This document shows, one piece after another, positions 35,836 through 44,784 of a stretch of 64,000 bases of DNA; position 1 is the stretch's first letter; each line of letters starts with the position of its first letter. The position numbers were made by a program, and so were the translations under genes. The notes below the pieces were generated by a model. That model was not told the DNA's origin and made no database searches. It saw nothing but the letters and a program-made list of their open reading frames with translations. Source of the stretch: an uncultured bacterium (lineage in GTDB: Bacteria > Verrucomicrobiota > Kiritimatiellia > RFP12 > UBA1067); assembly GCA_902772905.1 (NCBI GenBank), contig CACYCL010000198.1, positions 1,177 through 65,176 on the forward strand. The letters are read 5' to 3'.

Positions 35836-37290
35836 TCAGACGCGCTTCATCTGCGGGAAAAGCACGACATCGCGTATGGAGTCGCAGCCAGTCAGGAACA
35901 TCACTAGCCTGTCGACGCCGAAGCCGAGTCCGCCGGTTGGCGGCATCCCGCACTCAAGTGCGCTTATGAAGTCTTCGTCGATCTTCTCGGTGTCCTCGCC
36001 GGCCTGATGCTCCAGCGCTGCGCGCTGGGCAAGCGGGTCGTTCTGCTCCGTGTAGCCGGGGCAGAGTTCGCGCCCGGCGACGACAAATTCAAACACGTCA
36101 ACCAACGACGGATCGTCTGTGCATGTCTTGGCGAGCGGCACGAATTCATGAGGAAGCCGCGTTACGAACGTCGGCTGCATGAGCGTACGCTCGATAAGCT
36201 TGTCATAGACCTCGTGCGTAAGCATCAGCTCCGTCGTGACTCCGTCCAGCTCAAGGTTCGTATTGGTCTCGACGCCCTTGGCCTTCGCCCTCGCCATCTG
36301 CGTTGCAAAGTCGAGGCCGAACCAGTCATCGCCCATTAGCCCTGTTACAAGTTCGCGATACGTGACGCGGCGATAGGGCGGAGTGAAGTCGATCACGTCC
36401 CCGCCCTCGCCGTACACTATCTTGCGAGTGCCTATCACCTTGTCGCAGAGGTGAGGAAGCAGACCTTCCATTATTGACTCCATCGACGTGCGGTCGCCAT
36501 ACGCCTCGTATATCTCGCACACAGTGAACTCTGGATTGTGCGTACGGTCGATTCCCTCGTTTCTAAAGTCTTTGCCAAGCTCGAACACCTTGTTCATTCC
36601 GCCAACGAGCAGTCTCTTCAAATAGAGTTCTGGTGCGATGCGCATCACGCAGTCTTTGTCGAGCGCGTTGTAGTGCGACACGAACGGCTTCGCCGCCGCG
36701 CCGCCTGCCTGATCCTGGAGAATCGGCGTCTCGACTTCGACGAACCCGCGCTCCCATAGGAACTTGCGCACTTCCATGATGATGCGCGAACGCGTGAAAA
36801 AGCGCGCGCGCGATTCATCGTTCGTCATAAGGTCCACATAGCGGCGGCGGTAGCACTCCTCCTGATCGGCGAGGCCGTGGAACTTCTCCGGCGGTTGCTC
36901 AAGCGCCTTGGAGAGCATCGTCCATTCCTTAACAACCACGCTCTTCTCGCCCTTCTGCGTAGTAAAGAGCGCGCCCTCCGCGCCGATGATGTCGCCTAGG
37001 TTGAGATGCTTGAACGCAGCGAAGGCGGTCTCGGAAAGCTCGTCGCGCTTGAAGATGAGCTGGAACCGACCCGTTCCATCGTTGAGCGTACAGAAGTTCA
37101 TCTTGCCCATTCTGCGTATCATTAGCAGACGCCCGGCAACGCGCACGGAACGTCCCTCTTCAAATGTCTCGCGCACTGCCGCCAAGTCCTCGTGGTCATA
37201 CTTGCGGCCGTAGGGCTCGTAGCCCATTTCCCTTAGCGCATCCATTGAGCGGAGGCGCTGTTCACGGTATTCGTTAATGCTCTGTTCCAT
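35836..37290 (-). CDS. lysS: Lysine--tRNA ligase (class II)
   Basis: Trimmed to MEQSINEYREQRLRSMDALREMGYEPYG. Class II motifs are present. Confidence 0.95.
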   Translation of the reverse strand: MEQSINEYREQRLRSMDALREMGYEPYGRKYDHEDLAAVRETFEEGRSVRVAGRLLMIRRMGKMNFCTLNDGTGRFQLIFKRDELSETAFAAFKHLNLGDIIGAEGALFTTQKGEKSVVVKEWTMLSKALEQPPEKFHGLADQEECYRRRYVDLMTNDESRARFFTRSRIIMEVRKFLWERGFVEVETPILQDQAGGAAAKPFVSHYNALDKDCVMRIAPELYLKRLLVGGMNKVFELGKDFRNEGIDRTHNPEFTVCEIYEAYGDRTSMESIMEGLLPHLCDKVIGTRKIVYGEGGDVIDFTPPYRRVTYRELVTGLMGDDWFGLDFATQMARAKAKGVETNTNLELDGVTTELMLTHEVYDKLIERTLMQPTFVTRLPHEFVPLAKTCTDDPSLVDVFEFVVAGRELCPGYTEQNDPLAQRAALEHQAGEDTEKIDEDFISALECGMPPTGGLGFGVDRLVMFLTGCDSIRDVVLFPQMKRV

Positions 37291-37327
37291 ATTCTGCCTG
37301 CGTTGTATTGTGGCTTCGCTCGACGTG

Positions 37328-38311
37328 TCACGGCTGCTGCAGGGCGAGTCGTATGCGTTCATCTGTATCGTTACCCCTAAGCGCATCCAGCAGCTCCTGC
37401 ATGTCGCCGTCGATTATGCGGTCAAGCGAATAAAGGGTAAGACCTATCCTGTGGTCTGTCATGCGGTTCTGGGGGAAGTTGTAGGTTCGAATCTTCTCGG
37501 ACCTGTCGCCGCTGCCGCGCAGCGTTAGGCGTGACGCACCAACTTTCGCCTCCTCCTCGCGGCGGCGGAAATCCAGTATGCGCGCTTTCAATGTCGCAAA
37601 GCACTTCTCGCGGTTGCGTATCTGAGAGCGCTCGTCCTGGCAGACAGCCACGAGACCTGTCGGCAAATGCGTCATGCGCACCGCGCTCTCCGTCTTGTTC
37701 ACGTGCTGGCCACCAGCGCCGCCTGAGCAGAAGAGGTCTATCCTTATGTCCTTCTCTGGTATGTCTATGTCGTCAGTCTCGTCAGCCTCAGGAAACACCA
37801 CCACGGTTGCGGCAGACGTGTGGATGCGCCCCTGCGCCTCTGTTTCGGGAACGCGCTGCACACGGTGTGCGCCGGACTCGAAGCGAAACGTGCCGTATGC
37901 ATCCTCGCCCGACACGGTGAACACCACTTCCTTGTATCCGTCAAGCGAAGTCTGGTTGGAATTCATAACCGATATCTTCCAGCCCTTCGTCTCGCAGTAG
38001 CGTGAATACATTCTGAACAGGTCGCCTGCGAAAAGCGCCGCCTCCTCGCCACCCGTTCCGGCCCTGATCTCCATCACCGCGTTACGGCCATCCAGCGGAT
38101 CAGGCGGCAGAAGAGCAGCGGAGAGTTCGCGCTCCGTTGCCTCGCCAAGCTGCCACGCCACATATGCGTAGTCAAGCTTTTTGAGAAAGCGATAGTCCGC
38201 CAAGACCGCACGATACTTCGCGCGATCTTTCAAAACGTCAGGGTCGCCAAGCTCCGCTTCAACGGACGCAAGACGACCCAGGACCTTTTCAATCTGGACT
38301 TGATCGACCAA
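37328..38311 (-). CDS. prfA: Peptide chain release factor 1 (TTG start, short domain 1)
   Basis: GGQ motif (SGGAGGQHVNKTESAVR). RVQRVPETEAQGRIHTS is RF1-type PxT. The only possible start after the in-frame TAA is TTG 38311. Confidence 0.9.
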   Translation of the reverse strand: MVDQVQIEKVLGRLASVEAELGDPDVLKDRAKYRAVLADYRFLKKLDYAYVAWQLGEATERELSAALLPPDPLDGRNAVMEIRAGTGGEEAALFAGDLFRMYSRYCETKGWKISVMNSNQTSLDGYKEVVFTVSGEDAYGTFRFESGAHRVQRVPETEAQGRIHTSAATVVVFPEADETDDIDIPEKDIRIDLFCSGGAGGQHVNKTESAVRMTHLPTGLVAVCQDERSQIRNREKCFATLKARILDFRRREEEAKVGASRLTLRGSGDRSEKIRTYNFPQNRMTDHRIGLTLYSLDRIIDGDMQELLDALRGNDTDERIRLALQQP

Positions 38312-38320
38312 TGCAGGAGC

Positions 38321-38527
38321 TTACTTCGCGAACTTCGCGTAGCGCTTCCTGAACGAATCGACACGGCCCTCGGTGTCGACCATCGTCTTGGCACCAGTGA
38401 AGTAGGGGTGGCACGCAGAGCATGTGTTAACGGTCATTTCCTTCTTTGTAGACTTCGTGTGGATGACATTGCCGCACGCACACGTGATGGTGGCGTCGCC
38501 GTACTTCGGATGGATGTCGCTCTTCAT
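38321..38527 (-). CDS. rpmE: 50S ribosomal protein L31
   Basis: MKSDIHPKYGDATITCACGNVIHTKST ... CSACHPYFTG. Confidence 0.95.
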   Translation of the reverse strand: MKSDIHPKYGDATITCACGNVIHTKSTKKEMTVNTCSACHPYFTGAKTMVDTEGRVDSFRKRYAKFAK

Positions 38528-38559
38528 TTTTTCTCTTTCCCTTTCGAAATTGAGTGTGT

Positions 38560-38568
38560 ATTATAGCA
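38560..38568 (-). promoter_or_regulatory. Extended -10 promoter (TGCTATAAT) for rpmE-prfA
   Basis: The minus strand reads aataTGCTATAATacacactcaatttcgAAAGGGAAAGAGaaaaATG. Confidence 0.5.
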
Positions 38569-38611
38569 TATTCTGCGCGTCTATTGCAAGTACCTATACA
38601 CGCTATGTTAT

Positions 38612-39904
38612 TCAAATGCGGTGCATATCGGCACCGAGAGCCGTGAATGAATCCTCGACGGCCACATAGCCACGGTCTATCGTCTCGGCTGCGGATATTA
38701 CGCTTTCTCCACGCGCGCAGAGCGCCGCTATGACAAGTGCTATGCCTGCACGTATGTCGTTGGACGCAACCGACCCTCCTACCAGATGCGACGGACCCGT
38801 CACTACAACTCGGTGAGGATCGCACTGCACTATCTTCGCGCCCATCTGTCGTAGTCGATCAACAAAGTACAACCTCGACTCGAACATCTTCTCGAAAAAC
38901 AGGCAAGTGCCTCGCGTTTGTGTGGCAAGCACGATCAATATCGACATGAGGTCAGACGGGAATGCCGGCCATGGGCCATCGGCGATGGAGGGTATCGCAT
39001 CACCCAGGTCATACTTCATCTTGCGCCGATGGCGCGAAATGTAGCGAAGCGTACGCGACGCCCGGTCTATCGTCCAAGTAACCCCAAAACGAGCAAACGG
39101 CCCAGCCAGCACCTCGAACGGCCCGGGATCAATCTCGGTGAGAAGAAGATCGCCGCCTGTCGCCGCTGCTGCGGCAATGTAACTGCCAGCTTCAATGTAA
39201 TCGCATCCCACACGCACCGTGCAGCCATGCAGTGACTTCACTCCTTCAACTGAAATGCGATTGGTGCCGGCTCCTTCCACCTTCGCGCCCATGACGTTGA
39301 GCATTGCCGCAAGGTCGACGACATGCGGTTCGCACGCAGCGTTGTATATTTCCGTGTGGCCATCTGCCAGCACCGCAGCCATCAATATGTTCTCTGTCGC
39401 CGTGACAGAAGCCTCGTCAAGGAGGATGCGCGCACCCTTCAGCGAGACTCTACCGGCATGCAGCGACAACGAACGGCGAGTCGGACGTGACTTGGCTCCA
39501 AGGGCACGGAAACCGGCGAAGTGCGTGTCCAAGCGCCTAGCACCGATGGCGTCGCCGCCGGGCGGAGGAAGAGACGCCCTTCCTGTGCGAGCAAGAAGCG
39601 GGCCAGCAAAGAGGAACGAAGTACGAATGCGAGCCGCAAGCTCCGCATCAATGCGAGCCGATCGGATGCGCGGCGTGTGCAACACAACCGTTCCCTCGTC
39701 ACAATCGCGAGAAACCGTCGCGCCAAGGCGCTTGGCGGCCTCAAGCATCGATGCAACGTCGTCTATGTCAGGCACGTTTTCGAGCCGCACCGGTTCTGCG
39801 GTGAGCAACGAAGCCGCGATCATAGGCAGTGCCGCGTTTTTGTTTCCGGCAACACGATGGATGCCCGCCAGAGACTTCTGCCCTCTAATGACCAAGGACG
39901 ACAT
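38612..39904 (-). CDS. murA: UDP-N-acetylglucosamine 1-carboxyvinyltransferase
   Basis: 430 aa, EPSP-synthase fold, GNKNAALPMIAASLL. Confidence 0.95.
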   Translation of the reverse strand: MSSLVIRGQKSLAGIHRVAGNKNAALPMIAASLLTAEPVRLENVPDIDDVASMLEAAKRLGATVSRDCDEGTVVLHTPRIRSARIDAELAARIRTSFLFAGPLLARTGRASLPPPGGDAIGARRLDTHFAGFRALGAKSRPTRRSLSLHAGRVSLKGARILLDEASVTATENILMAAVLADGHTEIYNAACEPHVVDLAAMLNVMGAKVEGAGTNRISVEGVKSLHGCTVRVGCDYIEAGSYIAAAAATGGDLLLTEIDPGPFEVLAGPFARFGVTWTIDRASRTLRYISRHRRKMKYDLGDAIPSIADGPWPAFPSDLMSILIVLATQTRGTCLFFEKMFESRLYFVDRLRQMGAKIVQCDPHRVVVTGPSHLVGGSVASNDIRAGIALVIAALCARGESVISAAETIDRGYVAVEDSFTALGADMHRI

Positions 39905-39930
39905 CGATGCAGGACCTATCCGTCAGCCGG

Positions 39931-41235
39931 TCAGCGTTCGAAAGCTCTATGGGCTATGTCGTGGCGATAGAACATTCCATCGAATGAAATGCCAGACACG
40001 CCTGCATACGCGCGATCCACGGCTTCACGAAGCGTGTCGCCGCACCCTGTGACACTCAGCACGCGTCCGCCGGCAGTAACCACTGTGTTCCCGCCTTCAA
40101 CATGATCGAACTTGGTGCCGCAGTGAAACACAATCTCGTCTTTGCCTGCGTCGCCAAGACCGCTTATGACCTTGCCCTTTTGGTAAGAACCTGGATAACC
40201 TCCGGATGCGATAATCACCGTCGCCGCCGCACCAGGTTTCACAACAACGTCATCAGGCTTGAGACAGCCTTTAGCCGCGTGCATGAGCGCTGTCGCAAAA
40301 CTTCCGCCAAGACGCGGCAGAACGGCCTCCGTCTCAGGATCGCCAAAGCGTGCATTGAACTCAACTACGTTGACACGCGATCCGGAACGAGCGATCTTCC
40401 CGCCTTCTGGCGTGACCATCAGTCCGGCGTAGAGTATGCCACGATAGACAATGCCGCGCTTCTTGAGTTCGTTGACGACGGGCATGATGATTCTGTCCTT
40501 TATGATCGGGATGAGGTCATCCGTCACAACTGGCGCAGGCGAATACGCACCCATGCCGCCGGTGTTGGGGCCTTTGTCGCCATCGAACACGCGCTTGTGG
40601 TCCTGCGAGCTTGGCAGAAGTATGGCGTCGTTGCCGTCCACAATGGCAAGGATGGAACATTCCTCGCCGTTCAGAAATTCTTCAATCAGCACTTCCGCCC
40701 CTGCAGCGCCGAACTTGCTGACGACCAGCATGTCGTCTATCGCCGCCTCGGCATCAGCCGTGGTTTCGGCGACAATGACACCCTTCCCCGCCGCAAGCCC
40801 GTCCGCCTTTATCACTACCGGCAGCCCGAACTTCGCCAGCGCAGCCTTGGCGGCGACCGGATCGGTGTATACCTCCGCCGCTCCGGTTGGAACGCCAGCC
40901 GCGTCCATCACTTCTTTTGCGAAGCGTTTCGAGCCCTCCATGCGCGCGCCTGCGGCAACAGGGCCGAATGCGACAATTCCTTCCCTTTCCAGTGCATCGA
41001 CAAGCCCAGCCACAAGCGGCGCCTCAGGCCCGACGACAACCATGTCGGGACGCTCCCTATTGGACCACGCCACGATACCTGCGATATCGTCCGCCTTTAT
41101 GTCCACGTTAGTCGCTATGCCTACCGTTCCGGCATTGCCAGGCGCACAGAATATTTCATGCCCTTCCGCATCCTGCGCAAGACGCCATGCTATCGCATGT
41201 TCGCGTCCTCCAGAGCCAACGACAAGTATCTTCAT
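39931..41235 (-). CDS. purD: Phosphoribosylamine--glycine ligase
   Basis: 434 aa, MKILVVGSGGREHAIAWRL. Confidence 0.95.
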   Translation of the reverse strand: MKILVVGSGGREHAIAWRLAQDAEGHEIFCAPGNAGTVGIATNVDIKADDIAGIVAWSNRERPDMVVVGPEAPLVAGLVDALEREGIVAFGPVAAGARMEGSKRFAKEVMDAAGVPTGAAEVYTDPVAAKAALAKFGLPVVIKADGLAAGKGVIVAETTADAEAAIDDMLVVSKFGAAGAEVLIEEFLNGEECSILAIVDGNDAILLPSSQDHKRVFDGDKGPNTGGMGAYSPAPVVTDDLIPIIKDRIIMPVVNELKKRGIVYRGILYAGLMVTPEGGKIARSGSRVNVVEFNARFGDPETEAVLPRLGGSFATALMHAAKGCLKPDDVVVKPGAAATVIIASGGYPGSYQKGKVISGLGDAGKDEIVFHCGTKFDHVEGGNTVVTAGGRVLSVTGCGDTLREAVDRAYAGVSGISFDGMFYRHDIAHRAFER

Positions 41236-41282
41236 TCGTATTTCCTCTTTTCCAAATGCTCGGTTTCAGCCTTTATTCAGAA

Positions 41283-41789
41283 TCACTTCGGAACCATTAT
41301 CTTCTGCCCGATGCGCAGAATGTCGCCCTTGAGCCCGTTCATCTCCCTTATCTTCGGAACCGTAGTTTCGAACGCCTCCGCAATCAGCGAAAGCGTGTCG
41401 CCCGCCTTCACCTCGTACTCGCGGTGAGGCTCAACAACGACCTTCTTAGTCTGCTTAGGCGGTGGCGGAGTCTGTGCTGCCTGAATCGTTTTGATGCGGC
41501 TTGTGAGATCTTTTACGATTTCATCGCGCTGACTCTGCATCTGACGACGCAGTCCCGCCACAGACGCCTTCAACGCCTCGATTTCGCGGCGCAGGTCCTG
41601 AGTCTGGTTTCCGCCCTCAAGCCTGTTGACTCGCTGCTGCAGGTCATCGAAGTTGTTCTGCAGCACATCGATCTGCCCAGAGACGCGCTGCATCTCCGCG
41701 TATGCCTGTTGTTGCACGAATATCTCCCTTCCCTGCGCACAGGCAACCGTCGCAAGAAGACCAACCGTAATCATTACCGTATTTTTCAT
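41283..41789 (-). CDS. Secreted coiled-coil protein with a C-terminal LysM domain, 168 aa
   Basis: Trimmed to MKNTVMITVGLLATVACAQG. LysM segment YEVKAGDTLSLIAEAFETTVPKIREMNGLKGDILRIGQKIMVP. Confidence 0.75.
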   Translation of the reverse strand: MKNTVMITVGLLATVACAQGREIFVQQQAYAEMQRVSGQIDVLQNNFDDLQQRVNRLEGGNQTQDLRREIEALKASVAGLRRQMQSQRDEIVKDLTSRIKTIQAAQTPPPPKQTKKVVVEPHREYEVKAGDTLSLIAEAFETTVPKIREMNGLKGDILRIGQKIMVPK

Positions 41790-41809
41790 GTATACCTCAT
41801 TCATTGATG

Positions 41810-42049
41810 TTATGCAAATAGAAAAACCAGCCATACGGCGGCAATAATCGCCACCTCGACGCAAAAGCGCCGTTGACGGCGGCGAACCTCCTCCTGGCGC
41901 ACAGTGCGCCCGAACGTGCGCATTCCCCCGCCCGAGATGTAGTGTATAAGCCTGCCATAGGAAGTCGTGTGACGATCGATGATCCACGGACTGTCGGAGC
42001 GCGTGTAGGCATGGGCAGCCGATACAACCTCTGTGTGAATTCCGCTCAT
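41810..42049 (-). CDS. Small tail-anchored membrane protein, 79 aa (hypothetical)
   Basis: Its ATG overlaps the upstream TGA (ATGA at 42046-42049). C-terminal [18 protein letters not shown] preceded by RRRQRR. A Shine-Dalgarno GAGG for the next gene follows its stop. Confidence 0.5.
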   Translation of the reverse strand: MSGIHTEVVSAAHAYTRSDSPWIIDRHTTSYGRLIHYISGGGMRTFGRTVRQEEVRRRQRRFCVEVAIIAAVWLVFLFA

Positions 42050-43014
42050 AGTTCAGGCAGCACTATCTTGTCGCCGGCGCGCACACGCCCGTCGTTTGAG
42101 ATCACAGTCTTGTTCGCGTCACGGATTTGCCGCCATGCAGAAAGCCTGCCGTAGAACCTGACGGCTATGCGGTACAGAGTGTCGCCTTCCTGCACGACGT
42201 ACGTTGACGGATGCTTTGGCAGCGACGCCTTTGCGGAGGCATTCTCGCTTCCGCACGAAGTCACCCTTCCCGCATCACGTTTGGCGACATCCTCTGGCTT
42301 GCGCTTCAGAAGAAGCGACGGACCAGTCTCCGTTTCTTCACTTTCCTCGGCGCGAATCTTTGCAATGTCGGCAGATACCTGCACACGTTCTCCGTCAACG
42401 GAATCGTCTTCCTCAAGCAACTCTTTCAACTCCTTCGCGGCCGGTGCGTCAACCTCCTGGTCGGCATTTTCGCCAACGCCCTTGACCAGCGAAACGAGAC
42501 GACCTCGCTCTGCCACGAGCGCCGCTATGCGCCTATGACATTCTTCAAGCCCCTTCTGCGCATCAACCAGGCGCTTTCGAAGCACATCAACCTCCTTCTT
42601 GGCAGCCTCAGCTTCGTGGATGCGCCCAGAGTCTGCTACGATGCCATGTTTCTCCGCCAGCTTCAACGCCAGTTCCTTCTCGCATAAGGCCATGCGCTTC
42701 TCGGCGACCTTCGCCTTGTCGCTCTCTGGATGCTGCGAAAGATACTCATGATACGCGCAGAACGCGCCCAGGCAGTCCTTTCCGGAATCTTGAAGAAGAC
42801 ATGCATACTGGAACCTCGCCCCGGCGTTCGCAGGCTCTTCGCGGATGGTCTTGGCGAATCCGGCTATCGCGGCGTCAACGCGGCCTGCCTTGTAGTCGGC
42901 CATCGCCGCACGGTAGTTGCGGCTTTCTCTCTCGTCTGCAAGGTCCTTCCTGGCGGCTCTGTCACATCCCGTCAGGATCGTCAGTATCGCTATCGACATC
43001 AGCGTCTTTATCAT
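42046..43014 (-). CDS. Lipoprotein with TPR-like N-terminus, coiled coil and C-terminal LysM domain
   Basis: Trimmed to [17 protein letters not shown] (lipobox LTGC; an alternative start lies at 43020). LysM segment [30 protein letters not shown]. Confidence 0.7.
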   Translation of the reverse strand: MIKTLMSIAILTILTGCDRAARKDLADERESRNYRAAMADYKAGRVDAAIAGFAKTIREEPANAGARFQYACLLQDSGKDCLGAFCAYHEYLSQHPESDKAKVAEKRMALCEKELALKLAEKHGIVADSGRIHEAEAAKKEVDVLRKRLVDAQKGLEECHRRIAALVAERGRLVSLVKGVGENADQEVDAPAAKELKELLEEDDSVDGERVQVSADIAKIRAEESEETETGPSLLLKRKPEDVAKRDAGRVTSCGSENASAKASLPKHPSTYVVQEGDTLYRIAVRFYGRLSAWRQIRDANKTVISNDGRVRAGDKIVLPEL

Positions 43015-43948
43015 CGTCATCTTCGTTCTCCTCATCTTCGTTCTCCTCATCTTCGTCATCCTCGTCTTCGTCGTCCTCGTCGTCAAATTCGTCCGGAGTA
43101 TCGTCGATTACGAAATCGTCATCGTCATCCGAACCATCCGACTCGTAGACAATCGTCTGCTCCGAAGTCTCATCTGTGGCCTCGGTCTCGCTGCCATTCA
43201 AATCGGTGCTGTCGGGATCCTCGACACCGCTCTCTTCGGCTGGTGCCTGCACAGATGCATCGCCATTCTCCGCGCCATTTGCAGACTTTTCAAGCTCGCT
43301 CTTCTCTTCCTTGACAGCGCGTCTGTACGTTTCCGCCTTCTTCTTCGGATTCGAGCGCTGCAACGTCGGATCAAGCTCGTTGAGCTGTTGCAGCGAAGCG
43401 AGGCCGAAGTGCTCCAGAAAGAGCGGCGTCGTTCCGTAGAGAAACGGATGCCCCGGCAACTCGGACTTTCCGACGAGCCTGACGAGCTGAAGGTCCATCA
43501 ACGTCTTTATGTTCGCGGACACATCCACGCCGCGTATGTCTTCGATTTCGCTCTTCGTAAGCGGTTGACGGTACGCAACTATCGCGAGTGTCTCAAGCGA
43601 AGCACGGCCAAGCCGGTTCGGACGATCCATCTTGAGAAGCGCACGGACATACCGTCCGCAACTCGGCGTTGTCTGCAGTCTGTACGCACCTCCCGTGCAC
43701 ACGAGCTTGAAACCCACTCCACCGACTTCAAGCGCCTTCTCGAGTCCACGTATGGCCTCGTCTATTTCCTTCGCCGTGCACGTCTGGTAGACGCCCATGA
43801 TTTCAGCGTTCTCGCCTTCCTCCGGCGCGACCGCACGCACGGCAGCACGCAGTTCGTTCGCAGTGAGCGGAGTCTCGCTAGCGAACAGGAGTGCACCAAC
43901 AATCTCCTGAAGGGAACTCGGCAGCGGAATCTTCACTTCGTCACTCAT
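42962..43948 (-). CDS. scpB: Segregation and condensation protein B with a ~100-aa acidic C-terminal tail
   Basis: [21 protein letters not shown] ... [24 protein letters not shown]. The tail is rich in D and E. Confidence 0.9.
   Translation of the reverse strand: MSDEVKIPLPSSLQEIVGALLFASETPLTANELRAAVRAVAPEEGENAEIMGVYQTCTAKEIDEAIRGLEKALEVGGVGFKLVCTGGAYRLQTTPSCGRYVRALLKMDRPNRLGRASLETLAIVAYRQPLTKSEIEDIRGVDVSANIKTLMDLQLVRLVGKSELPGHPFLYGTTPLFLEHFGLASLQQLNELDPTLQRSNPKKKAETYRRAVKEEKSELEKSANGAENGDASVQAPAEESGVEDPDSTDLNGSETEATDETSEQTIVYESDGSDDDDDFVIDDTPDEFDDEDDEDEDDEDEENEDEENEDDDDKDADVDSDTDDPDGM
43021..43080 (-). repeat. Four tandem 15-nt units (two perfect) encoding DE-rich pentapeptides in the scpB tail
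   Basis: Plus-strand cttcgttctcctcat occurs twice (43021-43050), followed by cttcgtcatcctcgt and cttcgtcgtcctcgt. Confidence 0.8.
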
Positions 43949-44741
43949 AGTCGTCTGGCCTCTCCAGTGGCTTGTCGTCCGGCTCTTCCTTAGAGGCGAG
44001 AATCGTTATCTCGTGGAAAGCCGCATTCTGGTATATTATCACGCGGTGTTGACGCAGCAACTCAAGGAGCGCTAGGAACGTCACTATAATTTCGCCCTTC
44101 GGCGCACGCTCGGGATCGAATAGCGAGAGAAACGACACCTGCCCCTCGCTACGTGTGCGCGCAAGAACGTAGTCCATCTTCTCCGGCACCGAGAAGCGAA
44201 CACCCTTCAGCTCTTCGTGCGGCATCTCGTTCGCACGCGCAAGCACCTCCTGAAACGCCGACAGCAGATCATACAGGTCGAGGTTCGCGAGTGCGCCCTT
44301 CGCATCTGCTGCCGTCTTCTCGAACTTGGGCCGCCCGCCGCCATAGTCGAACGAGTTCGCAGCGAACGCCTCCATCGTGCCAAGGCGAACCGCCGCATCC
44401 TTGAATTTCTTGTACTCAACGAGCTGACGCACAAGGTCAAGGCGCGGATCTACCCATTCCTCGTCTCCATCCTCGACCACGCGGCGCGTTACTGGAAGCA
44501 GCATCCGCGACTTTATTACCATGAGCGTAGCGGCCATCACGATGAACTCGCCGGCGATGTCGAGGTTGAGGCGACGGGCATCCTCGATGAACTTCATGTA
44601 CTCCGCCGTTATATGCTCGATGGGTATGTCGTAAATGTCCAGTTCTTCACGGCGAATCAGATACAGCAAAAGGTCAAGCGGACCTTCGAACACGTCGAGG
44701 TTCACCTTGTATTCATCCGCGAAAAGTTGCTCCTGCGCCAT
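43941..44741 (-). CDS. scpA: Segregation and condensation protein A
   Basis: VNLDVFEGPLDLLLYLIRREELDIYDIPI. 8-nt overlap with the scpB start. Confidence 0.9.
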   Translation of the reverse strand: MAQEQLFADEYKVNLDVFEGPLDLLLYLIRREELDIYDIPIEHITAEYMKFIEDARRLNLDIAGEFIVMAATLMVIKSRMLLPVTRRVVEDGDEEWVDPRLDLVRQLVEYKKFKDAAVRLGTMEAFAANSFDYGGGRPKFEKTAADAKGALANLDLYDLLSAFQEVLARANEMPHEELKGVRFSVPEKMDYVLARTRSEGQVSFLSLFDPERAPKGEIIVTFLALLELLRQHRVIIYQNAAFHEITILASKEEPDDKPLERPDDYE

Positions 44742-44749
44742 TGACCGTA

Positions 44750-44758
44750 ATTATACCA
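44750..44758 (-). promoter_or_regulatory. Extended -10 promoter (TGGTATAAT) for scpAB; near-leaderless
   Basis: The minus strand reads attttGGTATAATtacggtcaATG. There are 8 nt between the box and ATG 44741, with no Shine-Dalgarno. Confidence 0.5.
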
Positions 44759-44784
44759 AAATTCCGCCTGTTTTGTCGAATACG

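Noticed and set aside
41855-41885. A short GC hairpin plus T-rich tail (CGCCG-tcaa-CGGCG-CTTTTGCG, minus strand), considered as a terminator between the two LysM genes.
   Set aside because: It lies inside the ATGA-coupled 79-aa ORF and has only a 5-bp stem. It would also cut off the downstream LysM gene, which has no promoter of its own.
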